A stretch of 64,000 nt of DNA from Vicugna vicugna (taxonomy: Eukaryota): positions 1,561,674-1,625,673 of the forward strand of contig MU057651.1 in the NCBI GenBank assembly GCA_013265495.1. Reading direction: 5' to 3'. Of this stretch, positions 26,357 through 40,589 are shown in pieces. The notes below the pieces were generated by a model. The model worked only from the letters and a program-made list of their open reading frames with translations, did not search any database and had not been told where the DNA came from. Numbering within the stretch: position 1 is the first letter of the stretch; every line of letters begins with the position of its first letter. A program made the position numbers and the translations under genes.

Positions 26357-27643
26357 CCCAGGACTAGATGGAACTTCCCTAGCTCATCTGGTCCATCCCT
26401 GCTTCAGGGATGCAACTGGGGTGAACAAGCCAGATGTCTGGGCTGAAAATGTAAGGGGTCACTTTCTTAAGGTCACGGAAAGGCTGGCTCAGCACACTGT
26501 CCAGAGAGTGAGCACCTCCTTAAACATGCCCTGGGGGCCTCATTGCCTCATTCTAGTCTCCAATCTACCTCGCTTCCATACAAGTATGCTTTCAATCAAT
26601 ATTTATTGATCATCTACTATGTGTCAGGTTCTTGTCTAGAAACAAACAACATCTCTTGCTTTACGGAGCTTACATTCTCGTGGGGGAAGGGTAGGAATAA
26701 ACACAATAAATAATCAAACATATAGCATGTTAGTGTGAAGTGCTAAGGCAGAAAAATGAAGCTGGGGAGGGGCTATGGCCAGCGTTTTGAAGTGAGTTGT
26801 AATTTTAGATAGCAGAGTCAGGGGAGAGCCTCACTGAAAAGTGACCTTTGAGTGAAGACTTAAGGAGGGTAAACAAATTAAGACTAATGGTTTTCTTCCA
26901 TAGTTTGAGGGCTCTCGAGGCAAAGAGCATCTACAAGCTTCCTTCCGAGGCTCATACATTGATCCATTTATGCATTCATCCAACATGTATTGATTGAATG
27001 TCCGGTGCCAGGCATTGTACATGCTGAGGATAAATTAGAGCTAATACTTAGCTGTGTGCTCACCCTGGGCCAATGTTCTGAGCCTTTTCAATGCATTAAC
27101 TCATTTCCTCATCATAATAACTCCAGGAAGTAAGTATCATTATTATCCCCACTTTACAGATAAGGAAATTGAGGCACAGGTATGGGGGCAACCAAGACAT
27201 GCTACCTGTTCCCTAAAAAGCTCTCAGTCTGATGAGGAATATAGACATTTAAATAATTATAACATAATTTGATAGAAGGAAGGACAAGATGTTACAGGAA
27301 CAAAGAAGGGCCCTATTTCAGCCTTGAGAAGTTGGGGGTGGTTGCCAAGAAAGATTTCTCAGAGGAAGCCATTGTTTTGCAACGAGGGATATTAAAATAA
27401 GCAGTTTCCTATCAAATTTATCGTAGGAGTGTTGTGGAGAAGGCCATCCACTACATCTTACAGTGTCTTCTTTTTTGAGAATCCTCAGAGGATTTCTCTC
27501 TCAAATCCCAGAAAAAAGCTGAGCTTCTTTTAAAAATGAAGAGGGGCAGGTATTTTTTTAGTTTATGGAAACTATGAATCCTGTAACTAATCAGGTTTCT
27601 ATCCTTGCCTTGGCTGCTAGCAAGCTTAGAAATAAATTTTTTA

Positions 27644-27782
27644 GGGGAAAGGGTAATAGCTCAGTAATAGAGCATGTCATGTACTTAGCCTGCATTAGGT
27701 CCTGGGTTCAATCCCCAGTCCCTCCATTAAGAAAGAAAGAAAGACAGAAAGAGAGAAAGAAAGAGAGAAAGAAAGAAAGAAA
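27644..27782 (+). mobile_element. Camelid-type tRNA-derived SINE with (GAAA)n tail
   Basis: atagctcagtaatagag...ggtcctgggttcaatccccagtccctccatt plus GAAA repeat. Confidence 0.85.
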
Positions 27783-28325
27783 TTTGTGGGCCACCTCTCC
27801 AGGAACAGAAGACTGTTTTAGTAGACATTTTTTTTTAGATGAATCTTGCCTCCCTGGGTTTTTGTTTCTTTTTCTAACTCTAATTTTTTTAGCTATGATT
27901 TTTTAGCATTTATTTGGCCCCCCCATTTTATGCATTGTGAAAGCCATTGCAAATAATTTTCAGAATACAGTAGAATATACAAAGTACATTAATTATAAGA
28001 GACAATGATACCAAGTGAGTCTTAAAGGATGAGTCTACCAGATGGACAGAGAGAAAAGGACATGCAGGCAGCACGAGCAGAGGGATGAAGGCATGAGAAT
28101 TAATGGTGGGCACTGGGGAAAGTGAGCTGGGCAGGAGAGGGGCTCCAAGCAGAGCCCGTGGAGTCAGACACATTTGGGTTTGAGTCTCAGCTCTACGACT
28201 TTTAAGACTTTTATTTAATGTAGCTAAATCTTGATGTCTTTTCTGTAAAATGGAGATAATAGTTATCCATATCTCATAGAGTTGTTGTGAGAGTTAGATT
28301 CCTTCAGGCATCAAGAAATATTTGT

Positions 28326-28838
28326 GGATAAAGAGGCTGTGGTATACACACACACACACACTAGAATTGTGTATATATACACAACAGAGTACTACTCAAC
28401 CATAAAAAAGAATAAAATAATCCCATTTGCAGCAACATGGATGGACCTGGAGATTGTCATTCTAAGTGAAGTAAGCCAGAAAGAGAAAAATACCATCTGA
28501 CGTCACTTGTATGTGGAATCTAAAAAATGACACAAATGAACTTATTTACAAAAGAGAAATAGAACCACAGACATAGAAAACAAACTTATGGTTACCAGAA
28601 GGAAAAGCGGATAAGGATGAATAAATTCGGAGTTCAGGATTTACAGATACTAACTACTATATATAAAATAGGTAAACAACAAGGTCCTACTGTATAGCAC
28701 AGGGAACTATATTCAATACTTTGTAATAACCTAAAATGAAAAATAATATGACAAGGAATATATATGTACAACTGAGTCACTATGGTGTACATCAGAAATT
28801 GACACAACATTGTAAATCGATTACACATCAATTAAAAA
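28326..28838 (+). mobile_element. Young artiodactyl-type L1 3' end with perfect 13-bp TSD, inserted in an L2 fragment that itself splits a MIR
   Basis: TSD aagaaatatttgt at 28313-25 and 28839-51; body ccatttgcagcaacatggatggacctggag...actgtatagcacagggaactatattcaata. Confidence 0.92.
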
Positions 28839-29399
28839 AAGAAATATTTGTTAAGGGCCCTCCATGCATGTGCCAGGTGCTGTGCTGGGCACCATGGGTA
28901 GAGAGGTAAATAGATGGAGATGGTGGTCTTGCTCCTCATGGAGCTTGCAGTCTGGTGAGAGTAACATCTGTAAGATGCTTAGCACATGGCAAAACACTCG
29001 ATACATAGTATAAATAATCATATAAATAACAAGTAATAGTAATAACAGTCTAAATAGTCTTACATGTTCAGGGCATGAAAACTATGGGACTTTTCTTGTC
29101 TGAGCTGCAGCTTAGAAGAAGGGGACAGGAGGATGATAATGCTGGAAAAATAAAAAGAGGACAGAGATCTTAAAAGGTTTTGTATGCAATGCTAAGTGTT
29201 TGGAGTCATATGGAGTTTTTAAGTGTGTGTGTGGTAGGGGTGGGAGGAGTGAGATGATTTTTTTAAAATTTAGAGTCACTAAGTTCTTGTGTCTGAGCCA
29301 AATCTCTCTTCCTGTAGTTTTTATGTTCATTTCTATCCTTCCCCTCCTCTTCCACCTCTGACCACTCCTGCCGCTACTACTAGCTCTCGGTTCTTGAAT

Positions 29400-29755
29400 G
29401 ATTACTATGCCAGGCACCTTGCTAAGTTCTTAACCTGTGCTTAATGGTACTTACCTCATTAGGCTGTGAAGACTATTATTTCCATTTTTAGAGATGCAAA
29501 CTCTGAAGTTTCGAGAGGTTAGGTAACTTGCCCAAGGTCACATGGTTAATAAGTGATAGAGTTAATTTCTGAACCCTGGATATCTGCAATGTTGGCAGAT
29601 AATACATAATTTTATCTCATTTCATCCTCACAACCACCACCTTGTTAGATAATATTATTATCCTTATCTTATAGATAAACTGAGTCTCAGAGAGGTTAAG
29701 TAAATTTTCCAAGTCACACAGCTTATCTGTAGTATAGCTCTACATTCAAATTTAG
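29400..29755 (-). mobile_element. Two tandem MIR fragments
   Basis: gagaggttaggtaacttgcccaaggtcaca and ctcagagaggttaagtaaattttccaagtcacacagc. Confidence 0.8.
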
Positions 29756-30999
29756 AGGGTATTATTATTTAACTGGGCAGATTTATCAAGTCTGTACTTA
29801 AATTCTGGGTGCTGTAGCTTAAATGCTTTGGTCACTAGATAGGCCAACTGAACAGTCGTTCTTGTTTTAAATGGGCCACTTTTTCCTTGAGAAAGAACTA
29901 GAAACAACTGTTGAAGTTGGCTTCCCATTGAAACAGCTTGACAATAGTTCCTCAGGCTTCTGTCTTTTAACAGAGGTTGAAAACCAGAGCTCATACCCCA
30001 CCAAAAAGAAAAAAAAACCCTCCCAAAAGGGGACAAAGAGCTTTGTCCCCTGCCCCCCACATACACACACCACTCTCTCCCACATAACCTGACGCCACAC
30101 AACCAACTAACTGGAGAAGGAGGATCTTGCCCGGGGTGATTTGGCCCAGCTACTGAAGAAGTCAATAGAGACAGAAGCTAATGAGTCTGGTCTTGACAGG
30201 TCTTTCCACACACACACACACACACAAAAATCATTATAAAATGTCGTTGTCTCTTGAAGCCTCTCAGCACGGCTTCTGATTCATGGGAGATAAGCTCAGA
30301 GTTGCAAGCCTGCCACCTTATTGCCACACAAAACATTAATCTTCTGGGGTTTTTTTTTTTTTCACCCTCCTGGCAGCACAGGGTAATCAGACAGAATTAC
30401 AGCTCTGAGACTTTCATGATCATAGGATTTGCAGCAAATAAACTGCTCAGGCTTGGTATCATCAATGGCTGGCTATAGCTTTTTCTTTTCCTTTCTTTCT
30501 TTTTTTTTTGTCTGTTTCTAGAAGGCCAAGGGCACCTTTCTACATTTCTATTCCACATATATTTCTTCAAAAAGCCTTGATTCTCCATCAGCAAAAGAAA
30601 TTCGTTTACGCTACCCAAGGCTAGCATTCACAGATATTAGGACAACAGGGAGCCTGGGTGTAACCCTGGATGCTAGGAGCTTACCTTCTCGGCTCTGTTT
30701 CCTGAATGTGTGGGCAGGGTGATGAGCAGGGGATGAAGAGAAGAGGCTGGCTTGGGAAAGGCAAGGTCTGTGTAAAGGCACAATAAGGGATACGATTATG
30801 GTGGTGACGGGGGAGCTCCTTCTCCTCTCCCTTGCTGGATGGCTGCTGCTGCCTGAAATTTCACCCATGCTTGTTTGTTTTCTTTGACTTCAGTTTCGAG
30901 TCCCTGTTTGAATGTACATGTGTTTGGGAGAAGCACATGAATATGTTTCAGGGAATGAATTTGTCTTTTGCAAAGTGTAACTAGCTGAAAGCAGGGCTG

Positions 31000-31930
31000 C
31001 TTTTCCAGTAATTTACTGTTTTCAAAAAGGTAGTACATTAACCTGACTCCAAATTCAAAATGATTGAAAAGGGATAATACATTAAGAAGTGTTCCTCCTA
31101 CCCTGGCTTAATTAACCCCATTCCTTGTCCAATCCTCTCACCTCTAATAGGTAACCCCTTTTATTAACTTCTTGTATGCCCTTTAATATTTTTGAAAATA
31201 GATGTGTGTGTTTTTCATCTTTTCCTCCTTTCTTCCATGAAGGTAGCATACTATATATCTTTCTCTGTAGTTTGCTTTCTTCAATGTAGTATATATCATT
31301 AAGATACAGTCACTCCTTGGTATCCACAGGGGATGGGTTCCAGGACCCCTGTGCAGATACCAAAATCTGGGGATGCTCACGTCCCTTATATAAAGTGATA
31401 TAGTACTGTTGGCCCACTGTGTCCGTGGGTTCCTCATCCACAGATACAGAGGGCCAACTGTATTTCAGTATTGTACAGAGACAACTTACTCAATCATCTT
31501 TTTAAACAACTGCACGGTACTACATTGTACAGATGTACCATATTTTATTTATCCAGTTCTCTGTAGATGGACATTTGGGTTGTTTATAACATTTCACTAT
31601 TCGAAGCAACGAATAACCCCGTACAACAAACAACCCTGTACATGAGTTGTTTCATCAGTGTGAAAGTCTACCTGTGAGATAAATACCCAGAAGGGTAAAC
31701 GTTTCCACATATTGATAGATATTGCTCAGCTGTGCTCTCCGGGGGTTGCAACATCTTGCATTCTCACAGCAATGCTCAAGAGTGTCCACTTCCTTACTAC
31801 TTTCAACAGAATGCTGTCAAACATTCAGATATTGGCAAATCAAATAAGAAGGAAAGAGGTTGCAAGTTTAGTTTTAATTTACACTTATTATGAGTGTGAT
31901 TGAGCATATTTTCCTAGGTTCCAGGGCCAT
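31000..31930 (-). mobile_element. Old L1ME-type fragment
   Basis: gatggacatttgggttgttt...ttgatagatattgc...gattgagcatattttc (antisense ORF2 end and 3'UTR). Confidence 0.65.
31307..31460 (+). mobile_element. 154-bp MER2/Tigger-family MITE with TA target duplication
   Basis: TA|cagtcactccttggtatcc...gatacagagggccaactg|TA. Confidence 0.88.
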
Positions 31931-32642
31931 GTGCTTTGTATTAATTTATTTGTTTCTTCATTAAATGTTCTACAACATTCAATACCTACTTATTGGGCAC
32001 TTCTGATAGAGTGGTCACTGTGCTAGGCATTTGGGATACATCAGTGAACAAAGAAGACAAAGATCTCTGCCCCCTCTAGAACTTACAGCAGTCATTCACT
32101 CATTGGTTCACTCATTCTACAAACCCTCAAGCAGGCACTGGGGGGTGTAGATGAGTAAGACCTAGCTTCTTCCAGGTTCAGTTTGGTTGGACAAGGAAAG
32201 GGTCTACTATACAATGGAGAGGTAATTGCTATGGGAGAGGTATGTACAGAATGTTAACAGAGCACAAAAGGGAAGCATGCAACTCAGACTGAGAGCAATA
32301 CAGGAACCCAACTTTGAGAAAGACTGGCAGGTAACCAGGTTAAGAAAGAAGCAAACTATAACTCAAAAAAAATTTTTTTTTAAAGAAAGAAGCAAAGGAT
32401 AGCTCAGGCAGCATAAAAGCACAAAAATGTGAAAACTCGGGTTGCCTTTTGGGATTGAGGGATGGTTCCTCATCACTGTCCCTCAGTAAGGAGAGACAAA
32501 GGCAAGGGAGCATGGACAAAGAGGTAGTTGTAGTTTTCATCTTTTGTGCTCACATTTTTCATATTTGGTACTCATTTTATAGTTATTGGTTGACTGAATG
32601 AATGAAAGAATACAGTTTGAGGTCATATACTAGAGTGATAAA

Positions 32643-32890
32643 TTAGTTATCCATCACTGTGTAATAAATTTCCCCCAAACTCAGCAGCTTAAGACAACAA
32701 ACATTTATTATCTCACATAGTTTCTAAGGATCAGAAATGTGGGAGTGAGTTATCAAGGTGGTTTCGGGCTCAGGTTACAATTAAGCTGTTGGTTGGGGCA
32801 GCCTTCTCGAGGCTTCACTGGAGCTGAATAATACAGTTTCAAGCTCATTCACACAGTTGCTAGGCCTTAGTTCATCACTGGATGTTGGCA
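32643..32890 (-). mobile_element. MLT1 LTR fragment
   Basis: ttagttatccatcactgtgtaataaatttcccccaaactcagcagcttaagacaacaaacatttatt. Confidence 0.75.
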
Positions 32891-32979
32891 GTATGTACCT
32901 TAGAGGAATACCCAACACGTATTAAGTACTATTAAAAATACAAGCTGTAATTATTATTGCCTAATAACTCTGAGGTGTT

Positions 32980-33850
32980 GTTGAAAGCTTTTAAGCAGAT
33001 GAATGACCTGATCATCTTCACTGTTCCAGAACATTCCTTCCAGGTTTAGTGTGGGGAATGAACTAGAGTGGAGAAAAGCAGGAGGAAAGGAGACTCATTA
33101 GAGAGCAGTTGCAGGTAGGAGACAACAGTGGTCTGGTTAGGGTGGTGCTAATGGAAATGGAGAGAAATGGATTCATGCAGGGTCTATTCTAGAAGTAGAG
33201 CTATCCACACAGTGATTAGATGTAGGTGATGACGGAGAAGGAGGGAGGAACATAGGAGGAATAACAAGGTTCTTTGTGGAGGTGAGGTGAGGATGTTAAG
33301 TTGGATTAGGACCATGTAGAGTTTGAGGTGCTTGTGAGACATCCATGAAGAAATGTCCAATTGGCACTCAAGTTTATGGGTGAGGAGCTTAGAAGAGAGA
33401 TCTGGACAAGAGATTTAGGAGTCATCAGCATATGAGTCACTGAACCATAGGTGTGGATAAGATTGCCCAAAGGAGACTATACATAGTGAGAAGAGAAGGC
33501 TGACTGGGAAAGAATCCTGATGGTCACCAGCAGTGGTGGGATGGCTGAGGGAGGAAAAGCCTGCAAAAGAGAATCAGAAGGAGCAGCCAGAGAGAAAGAA
33601 GAAAACCAGTTTGGTTTCCTTGTCCAACCAAACTGAACCTGGCCAGAGAGAAAGAGGGGGTGTGGTATCATATAAGCCAACAAAACGTCTCACAGAGAGA
33701 AAGAAGCCTCAACAGTGCCAGTGCTGCCTGTTGACAGACAAAGGTCACAGAAGATAAGGGTTGAAAATGATCCATTGAATTTACCAAGAAAGAGGTCATT
33801 GGTGATCTTCGTGAGAGTCATGTGACTGGAATGGGGTGGGGGTCGCTGCC
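32980..33850 (-). mobile_element. L2 body fragment
   Basis: catgtagagtttgaggtgcttgtgagacatcca...gatttaggagtcatcagcata...gaggtcattggtgatctt. Confidence 0.75.
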
Positions 33851-35342
33851 CCAGCCTCTTCCTCTCAGTCATAAATGCACCATCATGGGAATTCTAGACC
33901 CTGGTGTTGAGCAACAATTCTTCATAAACAGAACTTTTGATCCCACAGGTGTCAACTTCTTAGAGACACAGATTCATGGGTGGAATTTACTGGAACTGGG
34001 GTACCCTTTGACCAAGATGATTATAATAGATAAAAGGAACTAACATTTACTGAGTGCTAATCACTTTACATGGATAATCTGATTTAATCCCGACACCAAC
34101 CTTATGAGGTGGGTACACCACTATAGCCCTTATGATGTGCCTAGCACTGTGTTAAGTACTTTACATATGTCAACTTCTTTATTAGCCTCAGATAAGCCCA
34201 CATGCCAGTATAGACCTGGGCTGAGCTGAGTTTGGCCAGGATTAAGGAAGGCATAAACCAAGATCCTCAGTCATTGGAGAATTTCTGCTGCCTCTGGGCT
34301 TCAGGAAGACTCTTTTCTGAGGAATGTAGAGTGATGAGGGCATTTTCTTGTGTGGATTATTAGAGCGGGACTGTCTGGAGCAGGGGCTGTCAGATCAGGG
34401 GATGTTTTAGAATATTACCTGAAAGAGCATGATTAAGTTGCTCCTGGGGTGGGGGCCATCTGAGATGATACACATTAAGCACTGGAAGGCCTTTAACCAC
34501 GGTCTCCCCATTGTTCTCCTTTTTGGGTACAGAGGAAGCTCTGGGAACCTCAGAAATCTGATTTCATGAACACCCAAGTCCCCAAGGGAGCAAGAGAGCA
34601 GACTGCCATTTTAGATTGTAGCAATGTGGAGACAGCAGTAATCCCAGCTCCTCTATTAAGATCTCCAGGCACACACAGGTGTCCATATGCCAGGCAGAGG
34701 ACACAACTGCTTGGAGCTTGCGTTGCCGTCTGTGCCTCTCTTGTGGTACTCAGCCCCCCAAACTACAGGAAGGTGAGAGCAGATCGTCTCCTCCACCAGA
34801 CGGTGAAATTCTCAGTGGTAGAGATGAAATATTTTTACGTGGTGCCTCCGACGCCTTCTCAGCCTCAAACACGGTGCTAGGTTCATAGTGATCCTCAAGA
34901 AGTATTTGTTGAATTATTGAATAAAAGAATGAAGGAATTTTTCTTAGGGTCAGTGCTTGCTCCAGTTTACTTCTTATTTGTATTCAAAACCAGACTAACC
35001 TCCCTAACCAGCAGAGCATCTGTTGCTTTTTCTAAGGCAGGGATAACAAACAATAATAGCGTGGGAGGGCTAGGTCAAGTTGATTCAATTCAACAAGTCT
35101 TTAGTAAGCCTGCTATGAACCTAGTACTGTGTTATGTGCCCTCTCAGAACAGATACAAGCTTGTGTAATACGAAGATTTTAACAATTAATATTTCATTTA
35201 AAAATTGTCAATCACTAAATTGTACACTTGAGACTTGCATAATATTGTAAATCAACTATAGCTCGATAAAATAAAGAAAAGAAAAATATGAATGACAGAG
35301 AGACAAGCTGAACTGTGGCATACCCTTACTTAATATGTATGG

Positions 35343-35462
35343 TTTTTTTTAAACTTTCTTTTTACTTTTCTTCTTCTCTTTTTTAATGGAGGTACTGGGG
35401 ACTGAACCTAGGACCTTGTGCATACTAAGCATGTGCTCTGCCACTGAGCTATACCCACCTCC
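35343..35462 (-). mobile_element. Camelid-type tRNA-derived SINE
   Basis: T-rich tail then aatggaggtactggggactgaacctaggacc...ccactgagctatacccacc; degenerate TSD aatatgtat/aatctgtat. Confidence 0.88.
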
Positions 35463-36796
35463 AATCTGTATCATTTTTAAAGAATGCCATGGCTATATTC
35501 ATACAAATAGATAAACATGTCAAAAACATTAAGCGAAAAAGGCAATTGCTGTGATACACAAAATATGCTATCCATTACAATCACACTTCTGTTATCAATG
35601 TCTAATTTAAATGCACTACTACCAGAGAAAAGGCTACAATACCAATTCTTAGAATTTGAAGTTTACTACTTTTGCTCCCCCCAAAATGAATATTTCAGAT
35701 ATATAAAAGGGTATAAACTAATATGACAAACACCCAGGTACCCAGCTTCAAAATTAAGACATAAGCAGTTTGCACAGTTCAAAAAGCTCAAAAAGTCAAG
35801 AGGCTTGTTTTCTTTTAGGCATCAAAATTCTTTTGGCGACAAAACCTAATGTGAACTGACCTGGGGCTATTTCGTAATCTTCATCTATGTGTCACTAAGT
35901 ATGACCGGTCAGACATTTCAGTGCATAAATAGTAATATGTTTGATTTTGGGGTGTTGCCCCAGAACACACTGGTTATGTTACCTAATACCGGGTACATAC
36001 TTGTATTCCTTTTCTAAAAGCCAAACAGTTCTGAATTCGCAAACACACATGTGGTCACAAGGCTTGTAGGTGAGGCAGTGTAAGTTTGTGGTCTATTGGG
36101 CCACAATCTGGGGCTCAGTTACTGAACAATGTTTCCCAGTGTTTCCCAAAGGAAGGAAGAAAGGAAGGGGGCTGGAAACCAAGTAGGTGTCCCAGAGTGT
36201 CTGGTACACCTTGTTGTGCTCCTCAGCCCCTGGCCCCCACCCCCATACCTCTTCCTTAGACTCCACCTTTCTTTCAGCTTCTGGCTTGCCTAACTCAGTG
36301 CCAGCCTCATCTTATATAAATTTCTTATTCCAACCTTTCTGTATTTGTCTCAGTTCCTCCCTATCCCCCAGGTTCTATGCCTTCCTCTCCCTATCTCTTG
36401 CCTGGGTTTTCTCTCTCAGTTTTGAGATCCCTTTGTGCTTGTCTGCCCGCTCCATCTTTCTGCTGTCTATTCATCTGGGTCCCTTGAGTCCTGGGTCATC
36501 AGCTTCAGGCCTGTTATTCCTTCCCATTAATCTTTGGTACAGCTCTTTCTCTCCGGGGCTATTGGGTTTTTCATCTATGTATATATCTCTCTCGGTTTTC
36601 CGCTCCTCATCTTCCAGTTTACTTCCAAAATAGGCATATTTAAGTTAAAAATGAAGCCAATTTAAAGACAAATATTTTAAAAATACATAGTAGTATGCCA
36701 TGATACGTCTAAAATTTGTGATGGCAGTACTCAAATATCGTGAGAAACTTATTCAATAAACCTTTCTCCAAATGAAGGATTTTTTTTTTGAGTGAT

Positions 36797-36815
36797 GGGC
36801 CATCTAGTGGCGAAT
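36797..36815 (-). promoter_or_regulatory. Candidate CTCF site
   Basis: Minus strand reads ttcGCCACTAGATGGCcc, close to the CTCF core. Motif only. Confidence 0.45.
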
Positions 36816-37705
36816 GGAGGATGACAATCATTCTGATCTGAAAAAATACAGTGAATCTTTAAAAAGGGAAGCTGCTTTCGACCCTCAAACCCCGCTAAAG
36901 GGTCCAAAGCACCATTCCTACAAATATATGTGTATGGCAAAGGTCAAGTCCCACCTGGAACACAGCTGGGTGTGATGTAGGACTTTAGCTGGGCGTTGTG
37001 GAAGGACGTGATATGTATGTGTATGTATGTATTCATATATATATATGTTTATGTTTACATAAACATATATGTTATGTATATGCATCTCAGATGACTTGAT
37101 CGCCAAATTCATAAACTCCACAAATGCTCTTTACAGACATCACAAGGGCCTTTTGACTAGGGCAATGTATGTGACTGCCTTGTATCAAAGCTTTATTCTG
37201 GGAAGCCACATTAAGAGAGAATTAGTGCTGTGCAAGGGAGGAAATTGCTGTCTGAGAAGGGGATGACTTGCAAATCATATCTCCCAATTTCATCAGTCAA
37301 AACACCCAAGTCAAGACATTTCGGTTAGTAGTCAGTTATTCATCCAGCTAATGTTTATTGACCTACCAAGCAATATCATAAGACTATTCCAGTCCTGTTA
37401 ACATACACTTGCATGTTGACAAAAAGAAAGGTATCACCTGATCAAGAAATAGATACAGCAGAACTGGTCACATTCCAGATATAGGGACTTCCAGGGAGCC
37501 TAGAAATGGGTTCCCTCCCATGCACTTCTCTCCAAGTTGCCCAAGTTAGAAATTTTAGCTAGAGTAGCTAATAGATATGTAGACTCTCAGATCACCTTCA
37601 AAAATTATTCCTGATTGAATTAGTAAAGCCTCTGAGGCTTATAGCTTACTGTTTACCAGTAAAAATAACGTATAAGTACTTGAAGACCTCCAAAAAAGTC
37701 CACCT

Positions 37706-37820
37706 TCAGAGCGACCGACCATTGCAATTTTCCCAGACTGTCTTGGTTTTAGCACTGAAAGTTATGCACCTTGGGAAACCGCTGAGACCCAGGCAGTTGG
37801 GTACAGTTGGTTTCTTTAGC
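37706..37820. mobile_element. MER81-like hAT-Blackjack MITE
   Basis: cccagactgtcttggttttagcactgaaagt with degenerate gaccgacc / agttggtt ends. Confidence 0.6.
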
Positions 37821-38907
37821 TCCCTTAGAATCTTCGGAGCATTGAGCCTGAGCAAAGGAGCCACCATCCAAACAACCCTGAAGACGAGTCATAATCTAAG
37901 CTGTGTTTGAGTGGTTGCTGAATGTTATTTATGTACCACCCTCAGAACAATCTTATGAGGCAAGAGTAGAGGAAAATGGAGGAAGTAAATTTCTTCACAG
38001 ATGAAGAGATGGAGACTCAGAGAGGAAAAGAATTTAGAGCTTGCCTGAGGTGACTTAGCAAGTAGCAGAGACCCAACTGGACCCAGACCAGTGCAGCTCT
38101 AAATCCTGCATCCTTAAGCAGCATGCCTTACTTCTGCTACCCAGACAAAGTGCTCCATCACAGCAGCAGATGAGCTGTCAGACTCCCTTTCTGGTCCCAA
38201 GTCATTGACTCAGGGGAATCTGGAGTTATCAGCAACTTCGTTGTTTCTTTAAAACATCTTGGCAGCAAGTCTGCAAGATCTTAGAAGATTAGACGAATTG
38301 TTTTCAAAGTGTGATTTTTCCATCAATTTGATTCTGAATCATCTTAGTGCCTACTTCAAAAAGAAATAATGCAGAAACTTGAGCCCTAAATTAAACCTAC
38401 TAAGTCAGAATGTCTGGGGATCTACACTTTTAACAAGTGCCCAGATTGACCCAGGTGTATGGTTATTTGAGAACTGCTGGGCTAGAAGATTCTGAAAAGA
38501 ACAGCCAAAATTCAACAAGTTCACTTCATTCATTTTCTCTATTCTTGTCGTATTCTCCCACCCCACCTAATGTGGACACACCTCAAGTTCCATGAGTCTG
38601 TCCTCTATCTTGGCCTTCTCTCTCCACTCTTCCCCAGAGGCCTCCATGATTGCCCCCACCTACTACATTATATGAGGAGCCAGGGTCTAAGTTCCCACCT
38701 CCATTCTACCATTAGTCTTATGACACTGAACAGATCAGTTCTCCTCCCTGGACCTCAGCTGTAAAACCCCGTCAGGACCACAGGATACCAGATCATCATT
38801 GTAAAGGCCCTTCCAGGCTTGAAGTTTATGAGCTACATTATTATTCTCAAGGGGTAGAATGAGGTCCAGCTGTAACAATCACCCAGGTTGTTGATTAGAA
38901 AAGCACA

Positions 38908-39325
38908 TCCACCAACAGATGAATGGATAAAGGAAATGTGCTATATCCATACAGTGGAATATTATTCAGCCTTAAAAAGGAAGGCAATCCTGTTGCATCT
39001 ACAATACAGATGAACCTTGAGGACATAATGCAAATTGAAATAATCAGTCACCAAAGGACAAATGTATGATTCCACTCATATGATGTATCTAAACTAGTCA
39101 AAATTACAAAAGTAGAAAATAGAAAGGTGGTTGCCAAGGGCTGGGAAAGGAGAGCAGGGGAAATTAATGTTGAAAAGGTATAGAGTTACAGTTTTGCAAG
39201 ATGAAAAAATTCCTGAGATCCCTTGCACAACAATGTGAAGATATTTCACGCTACTGAACTGTAAACGTAAAAATGGCTAAGATGGTAAATTCAAGGCTAT
39301 GTATTTTTTACCACAATAAATAAAA
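38908..39325 (+). mobile_element. L1MB 3' end inserted into a MER5-like element (~38870-39455)
   Basis: TSD tagaaaagcaca (38896-907) / tagaagagcaca (39326-37); body cagatgaatggataaag...ctactgaactgta...ttttaccacaat. Confidence 0.88.
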
Positions 39326-40589
39326 TAGAAGAGCACAGTTGAGTCCCACCCCAGAGCTACTGAATGAAAATTTCAAGGGTTGGGGATGTGACTGTGCATT
39401 TTTCTCAAGTTTCCTGTGTGATTTTTATCTCCTCTAAACTTTGAGAACCACGGACAAAAATGTATAGTAAATCCTCTCTTCACTGCAATGATTTTAATAT
39501 CATGATCTCAGCTTCCCCCTTTCCCCAAGAATATTTATGTGCACTTTCCCTTGCTGCCAGCTAGTGTGCTTAGAGAATATAAATTCATGATATTATTAGC
39601 CAAAGTGGAAAAGAATCCAAAAGGCAAATGTGTTGCAGAAGAAGGGCATTCAGTCCATTTCTAAGCCAAACAGAGATGACTTTGGATGCGGCACAGTTTT
39701 GGATTACCCATGACTCAGATCTTGTCCATTAGAGTGAATAATTGAAAGCTGGCTCTGTGTATGCTTACAGAAATTATTTTAAATTGTTCACATTAGATAA
39801 ATCTCAGAGCTGAGGCTGTCTGTAAGAAAAGGTGGTAAGAATTTTAATGAGCATGTTCCCTAGAATGAGATTTTGTAACTTCTAAGCAACCATGAGGGCT
39901 CTTGTTTTCATTGTCACTAATTAGGGAGCTGCTGAGAAGGGGCTTGCATTATTCAAGGTCAGTGTCAGGCAAGAGGTAAGAAATTCAGTTCATATTTTGG
40001 GGGCACTTACCATGTCCAGGGCACTGGGCTCAATTCTTTTCATAGAAGATCTCATTTTATCCTTACCCTAGGTGTTATTATTATCCTCTTCTTTGCAGAA
40101 ATGGGGGCTCAGAGAGCCTCAGCAATTTGCTGAAGACCACACAGCATGTAAGACCTAGCGCTTTCTGGCTATAGAGCCCATCCTTTTAACCCATCTCACT
40201 ATGGCCCTGCTTGCACACAATCCTCCCCTTCCCCATACTTCTTACCTACTAACAGCTTCTGCCTAGACCATTAGTGCTGTCAGATGAGGGACATTAGAGA
40301 AGAAGCTTTAGCTAGCTGCTTAGAGGCTAACTTTTCACCTTGTCTCTCGTACCTGGACATTGTTCCTAAGATAAGTACACTTTGAAGCCCAGACCTGATA
40401 CATGGGTCCCTCTCTTATTACCTAGCTTGCCCTGTGCCTCAACTCCTAAGGCTGGAAGCCTGTGTTTCTCTGGTTAGTCCTTGCCAAACTCCCCAGTCTC
40501 CCTCCTTTCTTGGACGTTCCTGCTCACCTGCTTCAACATTCCTAGGTTCCTTGCTGCTGCTCTGCTCAGGGGGTGATGATGCTGACTTC

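Noticed and set aside
36187..36633. 148-aa hydrophobic ORF
   Set aside because: Product of a pyrimidine-rich low-complexity tract.
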